From: an uncultured Dehalococcoidales bacterium
Lineage (GTDB): Bacteria > Chloroflexota > Dehalococcoidia > Dehalococcoidales > JAUYDJ01
Length of the DNA stretch: 57,761 bases
Assembly (NCBI GenBank): GCA_964569555.1
Contig: CAZMTT010000001.1
Location: 1 to 57,761, forward strand
Direction: 5' to 3'
In this document: positions 53,237 through 57,761 of the stretch, one piece after another
How the letters are laid out: the number at the start of each line of letters is the position of its first letter
How positions within the stretch are numbered: position 1 is the first letter of the stretch
Program-made: the position numbers and the translations under genes
Notes under the pieces: generated by a model
What the model saw: the letters and a program-made list of their open reading frames with translations, nothing else
Told to the model about the DNA's origin: nothing
Database searches by the model: none

Positions 53237-54157
53237 GTGGTTGGGGCTATTATGCTGATTGATTGGGCTAGTCTGGCTATCTTGAGTGCCGCCCTGCTGG
53301 GGGTGGTTCACGTTGTTGATAGCCACCTTATCACCCGGCGCATGCCGAGCTTGCGGGCTTACCTGCTACCGGTGGGCCTGGCGGTTCTGGTCTTTGGGCT
53401 GGTGGTAATCTATCTCTTTCCCTTACCCCGGGGTTTAGCCGCCGGGGCATTATTTGCCGCCATTTTCTCCGGCATACTGCGCACTACCTCGCTGGGCATC
53501 GTTTTCCACGCCCTGAAAACCGAGGAGGTTTCACGGGTTATTCCGGTGGTCCATACCTATCCCGTCTTTGTGGCCATGATGGCGGTACCGCTGCTGGGGG
53601 AGGCGTTACATTACCTGGAGTGGATGGCCATAGTTATTGTCGTCGCCGGGGTGGTGATGGTCTCGGTTAGAATGAGCCCGGGGAACTCAGTGCCCTGGTT
53701 CAGTAAAAAAATTCTCCTGCTCGTCGGCGCCAGCCTGTTTATGGCTACGGCTGACGTGGCCAGCAAATACTCTCTGGGCTATCTTTCTTTCTGGAATATG
53801 TTTGCCATCAACAATTTCTGCCTGGCCGGTGTTTTCCTGCTCATCTCACTGCGCCCTCATGTTTTGCAGGAACTGGCTAACATCAGCCAGGGTAAAGCGG
53901 TGGCCTTTGTTGTTTTCAACGAGATACTGGCGGCGCTAGGCATGCTGCTGTTATTCTGGGCGATGCAGCAGGGGCCAGTGTCTCTGGTTTCCACCATTGT
54001 CAGCAGTCGTCCCATATTTGTCTTTATCTACGCCCTTGCCCTCAGCCGTATCTCCCCCGCCTTTCTGGTGGGGCACGCTGACCGCAGGACGCAAATAATG
54101 CGGCTCATCGGGATTATGATGATTTTCAGCGGCATAGCCATAATCTACCTGAGCTGA
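53237..54157 (+). CDS. EamA/DMT-family transporter
   Basis: ~10 TM helices in two EamA-like halves. An alternative ATG start lies at 53252. Confidence 0.8.
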   Translation: MVGAIMLIDWASLAILSAALLGVVHVVDSHLITRRMPSLRAYLLPVGLAVLVFGLVVIYLFPLPRGLAAGALFAAIFSGILRTTSLGIVFHALKTEEVSRVIPVVHTYPVFVAMMAVPLLGEALHYLEWMAIVIVVAGVVMVSVRMSPGNSVPWFSKKILLLVGASLFMATADVASKYSLGYLSFWNMFAINNFCLAGVFLLISLRPHVLQELANISQGKAVAFVVFNEILAALGMLLLFWAMQQGPVSLVSTIVSSRPIFVFIYALALSRISPAFLVGHADRRTQIMRLIGIMMIFSGIAIIYLS

Positions 54158-54233
54158 GAGAATGGGCCGGCGATTAAGCCAGAGGCTATAATTGCCCGCA
54201 GACGGGTGATATAATTAACCCTGAGGAGCGCAA

Positions 54234-55277
54234 ATGCATCAGGCAATGCTCTCTGAGAAGCTAGCTGACTCAAGAGTAAGGTGCCACATCTGCCAGTGGC
54301 GCTGCCGCATCGGGCAGGACAGGTTCGGGGTTTGCGGGATGTATCAGAACCAGGGTGGTGATTTATATAACCTGAACTACGCCCTGGCTTCCTCGGTAGC
54401 CGCTGACCCGATTGAGAAAAAGCCGTTGTTTCACTTCTTTCCCGGTAGCCTGGCTTTCTCCGTGGGCAGCCTGGGCTGTAACTTCCACTGCAAGCACTGC
54501 CAGAACTGGGAGATTTCCTCGGTTGACGAGAAGACGATGTGGCATGGCTGTCGGGAGCTGCCGCCGCAAGAAGCCATTAAAATAGCCAAACACTACCAGT
54601 GTCAGGGCATTGCCTGGACTTATAATGAGCCGACCATCTGGTTTGAATATACCCTTGACTGCGCCCGGCTCGCCAAGGAGAACGGGCTTTATACCGTCTA
54701 TGTGACCAACGGCTACGCTACTCCGGAGGCGCTGGATACCATCGGGCCCTATCTTGATGCCTGGCGGGTGGATATTAAGGGCTTTTCCGATGCCTTCTAT
54801 CGCGGGCTGGCCAAGGTGCCCAAATGGCGGGAGATACTGACGGTGGCCAAGCGGGCCAAAGATAAGTGGCAGATGCACATTGAGGTGGTGACCAATGTCA
54901 TTCCCACCATGAACGACGATGACGAGCAGCTTGCGGGTATCGCCGGCTGGATAAAGAGTGAGCTCGGCGAGCTGACCCCGTGGCATGTCACCCGGTTCTA
55001 CCCCCACCACCACCTGATGCATTTACCACCCACCCCGGTCGCCACTCTGGAACGTGCCTGTGAAATCGGGCGCCAGGCCGGTCTGAAATTTATCTATGCT
55101 GGCAACATCCCCGGTCATAAGAGCGAAAGCACCATCTGCTACGCCTGCGGTAAGCCCGTGGTGCAGCGGTTTGGCTACCAGACGGAAGTGGTCGGTCTGG
55201 AGGACTCAAGGTGCCGGTTCTGCGGCGCCGGACTTAATTTCAGGACACTTGAGGTGAAGGGGGGTCGTCATGGTTAG
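54234..55277 (+). CDS. AmmeMemoRadiSam system radical SAM enzyme
   Basis: N-terminal Cys cluster ([10 protein letters not shown]...CGM). Radical SAM motif [12 protein letters not shown]-terminal CYACG...CRFCG. Directly followed by the Memo/AMMECR1 gene. Confidence 0.85.
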   Translation: MHQAMLSEKLADSRVRCHICQWRCRIGQDRFGVCGMYQNQGGDLYNLNYALASSVAADPIEKKPLFHFFPGSLAFSVGSLGCNFHCKHCQNWEISSVDEKTMWHGCRELPPQEAIKIAKHYQCQGIAWTYNEPTIWFEYTLDCARLAKENGLYTVYVTNGYATPEALDTIGPYLDAWRVDIKGFSDAFYRGLAKVPKWREILTVAKRAKDKWQMHIEVVTNVIPTMNDDDEQLAGIAGWIKSELGELTPWHVTRFYPHHHLMHLPPTPVATLERACEIGRQAGLKFIYAGNIPGHKSESTICYACGKPVVQRFGYQTEVVGLEDSRCRFCGAGLNFRTLEVKGGRHG

Positions 55278-56580
55278 GAATCCAGTGGTCGCCGGGCAGT
55301 TCTATCCCGGCTCGGCGGCAGAGCTCAGTGCAATGATTGAGATGATGGTTGATAAGAAGGCAGCCAAACAGGAAGTGGTCGGTCTGGTCTCCCCCCACGC
55401 CGGTTATATCTACTCGGGACCGGTGGCGGGGGCGGTTATCTCCAGAGTTAAATTCAAAGATACCTTTATCATCATGGGGCCCAATCATACCGGAATGGGC
55501 AAGCCGCTCAGCATCATGACCAGGGGCGTCTGGAAAACACCGCTGGGGGAGGTGGAGATTGATGCCGAGCTGGCCCAGCGGATTCTAACTGCCTCCCGCC
55601 ACTTAACCGAAGACGATATCGCCCATCAATTTGAGCACTCTATTGAAGTCCAGCTCCCTTTTCTGCAGTATTTCAAGCCGGATATCAAGATAGTGCCCAT
55701 CGTGCTCGCCCACTCCGGCGGTGAGGTTTATAAGGAAATCGGGCAGGGGATTGCCCAGGCCGTCAAAGAGTCAGGCAGAGAAGTGGTCATCATGGCTTCC
55801 AGTGATATGACCCACTATGAGCCGCAGGACTCGGCGCAGCACAAGGATACTCAAGCCATCGAAGCCATACTGGAACTGAATGAGGACGAGCTGTTGAAAC
55901 GGGTCGAGGAGCTGAATATATCAATGTGTGGCTATGCCCCCACCGTCAGCCTTATTGCGGCCGCCAGAGAGCTGGGTGCCACCGGCGCCGAGCTGGTCAA
56001 ATACCAGACCAGTGGTGATACCACCGGCGATTATGCGGCGGTGGTCGGCTATGCCGGCATAATCATCACCGCCATGTCGCCGCTGGTAAGGCTGGCTAAG
56101 GAAACGGTGGAGACCTATACCAGGACGGGCCGGGTCCTGGAGACGCCCAAGGAGCTTACCCCGGAAATGAAGGCAAAGGCGGGCGTCTTTGCCAGCATTC
56201 ATAAGTTGGGCGAGCTGCGGGGCTGTATCGGCACCTTTGAGCCGCAGGAGGCGAATGTGGCTGAGGAGATTATCGCCAATGCCATTCGCGCCGCCACCCG
56301 GGACCCCCGCTTCCCCCCGGTTGACGCCGATGAGCTGAAAGAGCTTGACTACAGCGTGGACGTGCTGACCAAGCCCGAACTGATTAAAGACGAGAGCCAG
56401 CTTGACCCTAAAAAATACGGGGTTATTGTGGAGTGTGGTTATCGCAAGGGGCTGCTTCTGCCTGACCTGGCTGGGGTGGACAGCGTGGAGCGGCAGATTG
56501 AAATCTGCTGTCTTAAGGGGGGTATTACCCCCGATGAGCCGCTGAAGCTCTACCGTTTTCAGGTGAAGCGGTATAAGTGA
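55270..56580 (+). CDS. fusion of a Memo-like protein (AmmeMemoRadiSam protein B) and an AMMECR1 domain (protein A)
   Basis: N-half: [41 protein letters not shown] (Memo). C-half: [31 protein letters not shown] (AMMECR1). 8-nt overlap with the radical SAM gene. Confidence 0.85.
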   Translation: MVRNPVVAGQFYPGSAAELSAMIEMMVDKKAAKQEVVGLVSPHAGYIYSGPVAGAVISRVKFKDTFIIMGPNHTGMGKPLSIMTRGVWKTPLGEVEIDAELAQRILTASRHLTEDDIAHQFEHSIEVQLPFLQYFKPDIKIVPIVLAHSGGEVYKEIGQGIAQAVKESGREVVIMASSDMTHYEPQDSAQHKDTQAIEAILELNEDELLKRVEELNISMCGYAPTVSLIAAARELGATGAELVKYQTSGDTTGDYAAVVGYAGIIITAMSPLVRLAKETVETYTRTGRVLETPKELTPEMKAKAGVFASIHKLGELRGCIGTFEPQEANVAEEIIANAIRAATRDPRFPPVDADELKELDYSVDVLTKPELIKDESQLDPKKYGVIVECGYRKGLLLPDLAGVDSVERQIEICCLKGGITPDEPLKLYRFQVKRYK

Positions 56581-56734
56581 GTAGAAGGAGAAAATTACCG
56601 TTATACCGATAAAAATTTGCCCGCTGGTAAAAACGGCGGTGGCAGTATTGTTTATTCTGGGTAGCCTGTTATAAATTAGGGAAGGCATATAGAGTAAAAT
56701 AACCGCAAAGAAGTCACCCGAAAGGGGGTGGACG

Positions 56735-57761
56735 ATGAGTATGGATATGTTTGAGCAGCAGGCTGAGGAACAGAAGGTGCCGCCGGCTGAGGAGCAGAAG
56801 ACGCCGCCGGCTGAGGAGCAGAAGACGCCGCCGGCTGAGAAAGAGAAGGCGCCGCCGGCACCACTGGCCACCCGGATGAGACCGGCCACGCTGGATGATT
56901 TTGTCGGCCAGCAGCACCTCATCGGCGCGGGACGGGTGCTACGAAAGGCGATTGATGACAATCGGCTGTTTTCTATTATCCTGTGGGGGCCACCGGGTAG
57001 CGGTAAGACTACCCTGGCTTACATTATTGCCGGTGCCACCGAATCGCACTTCAGCCCGATAAGCGCGGTTAGTGCCGGCGTGAACGACCTGAGGCGGATA
57101 ATAGAGGGGGCCAAGGGGCGTCTCCAGATGACACAACAGCGGACGATATTGTTTATCGATGAGATTCACCGCTTCAATAAGGCACAGCAGGATGCCATTC
57201 TGCCCTTTGTTGAGGACGGCACCGTCACCCTTATCGGCGCCACCACCGAAAACCCCTCTTTTGAGGTTATCTCGCCGCTCCTTTCCCGCTGCCAGGTCAT
57301 CACCCTGAGTCCCCTTAACCAGGAGGAGCTTAAGATTATCGTTACCCGCGCCTTGAAAGATAAAATGCGTGGTCTGGGCGGGCTCAATGTGGAGCTGGAC
57401 GCCGACGCCCTGAACCACCTGCTCACCATGTCCAACAGTGACGCCCGGATTGCCCTCAATGCTCTGGAGATTGCCGCCCTGGCCACACCCCCTGATGAGA
57501 ATGGTAAGCGCCGTGTTTCGCTGGCCACTATTGAGGATGCCCTTCAGCACAAGGCAGTCCGCTATGATAAAGGCGGCGAGAAGCACTTTGACCTTATCTC
57601 CGCCCTGCACAAGTCGATGCGGGGCTCCGACCCGAATGCGGCGCTATACTGGCTGGCCATAATGCTGGAGGCGGGGGAAGACCCGCTTTATATCGCCCGC
57701 CGGCTGGTGCGCTTTGCTTCTGAGGATGTCGGCATGGCTGACCCCCAGGCACTGGTCATTG
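56735..57761 (+). CDS. rarA: replication-associated recombination protein A (AAA+ ATPase RarA/MgsA), 3' end outside the window
   Basis: LATRMRPATLDDFVGQQHL, Walker A GPPGSGKTT, Walker B ILFIDEIHRFNK, sensor GATTENP. Open to the window end, so it is absent from the ORF track. Confidence 0.9.
   Translation, partial: MSMDMFEQQAEEQKVPPAEEQKTPPAEEQKTPPAEKEKAPPAPLATRMRPATLDDFVGQQHLIGAGRVLRKAIDDNRLFSIILWGPPGSGKTTLAYIIAGATESHFSPISAVSAGVNDLRRIIEGAKGRLQMTQQRTILFIDEIHRFNKAQQDAILPFVEDGTVTLIGATTENPSFEVISPLLSRCQVITLSPLNQEELKIIVTRALKDKMRGLGGLNVELDADALNHLLTMSNSDARIALNALEIAALATPPDENGKRRVSLATIEDALQHKAVRYDKGGEKHFDLISALHKSMRGSDPNAALYWLAIMLEAGEDPLYIARRLVRFASEDVGMADPQALVI
56762..56857 (+). repeat. 24-bp tandem repeat x4 encoding (A)EEQK(T/V)PP units at the RarA N-terminus
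   Basis: The unit GCTGAGGAGCAGAAGACGCCGCCG occurs at 56786 and 56810, with diverged copies at 56762 and 56834. Confidence 0.8.

Noticed and set aside
54363-55022. 219-aa - strand ORF inside the radical SAM gene
   Set aside because: It is antisense to a CDS carrying diagnostic CxxxCxxC and accessory Cys motifs. Its translation is Gly/Pro/Arg-rich noise.
55921-57610. Two long - strand ORFs (55921..56961, 346 aa; 56939..57610, 223 aa)
   Set aside because: They are antisense to the AMMECR1 half of the fusion gene and to rarA. rarA is missing from the track only because it runs off the window. Part of their length comes from the 24-bp repeat, and no motifs are present.

Overview
Gene-dense bacterial chromosomal window with tightly coupled or overlapping operons. 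The gene content looks like a monoderm-type bacterium, possibly Chloroflexota/Dehalococcoidia-like; that placement is inference only. It starts with the 3' end of a tRNA-Val(TAC). The first ~31 kb form a pilus supercluster. Locus 1 (873-9463, + strand) runs pilB-pilC-2 pseudopilins-PilX-like-PilO-like-pilM/N fusion-pilT-pilD. Locus 2 (21279-31106, - strand) is colinear and paralogous but lacks pilT and pilD, and it carries extra or expanded genes. A major-pilin gene with its own promoter and terminator sits at 20500-20889. Between the loci lies a regulatory and accessory island: an archaeal-style wHTH and an RHH-like gene, an HTH-ketosynthase operon divergent from a GH3-type adenylating enzyme, a 7TM-GAF-GGDEF-HD-GYP c-di-GMP enzyme coupled to a pseudo-receiver LuxR regulator, a HAD hydrolase, and a NarL-type two-component system directly upstream of the pilin. 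No secretin gene is visible. The remaining ~26 kb are mostly housekeeping: thiol-redox ccdA/tlpA/trxA, MFS, DRG-type GTPase, uvrC, xerD, pcm, EF-G paralogue, etfBA, prfA-prmC, sugar nucleotidyltransferase, hisA-hisI, DUF1385, rpmE, rplU-rpmA, coaE, EamA, an AmmeMemoRadiSam pair with a Memo-AMMECR1 fusion, and 5'-partial-window rarA. The best candidate for something undescribed is locus 2. Its PilO-like protein carries two tandem domains that by eye resemble the head of the neighbouring major pilin. A coiled-coil protein built from near-identical 90-bp repeats sits directly upstream of PilB2, and PilB2 has an MshEN-like N-terminus. Two conserved genes (rplU, hisA) appear to need non-canonical start codons (ATT, and ATC/ATA). 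All calls come from reading the translations and sequence by eye; no searches were run.
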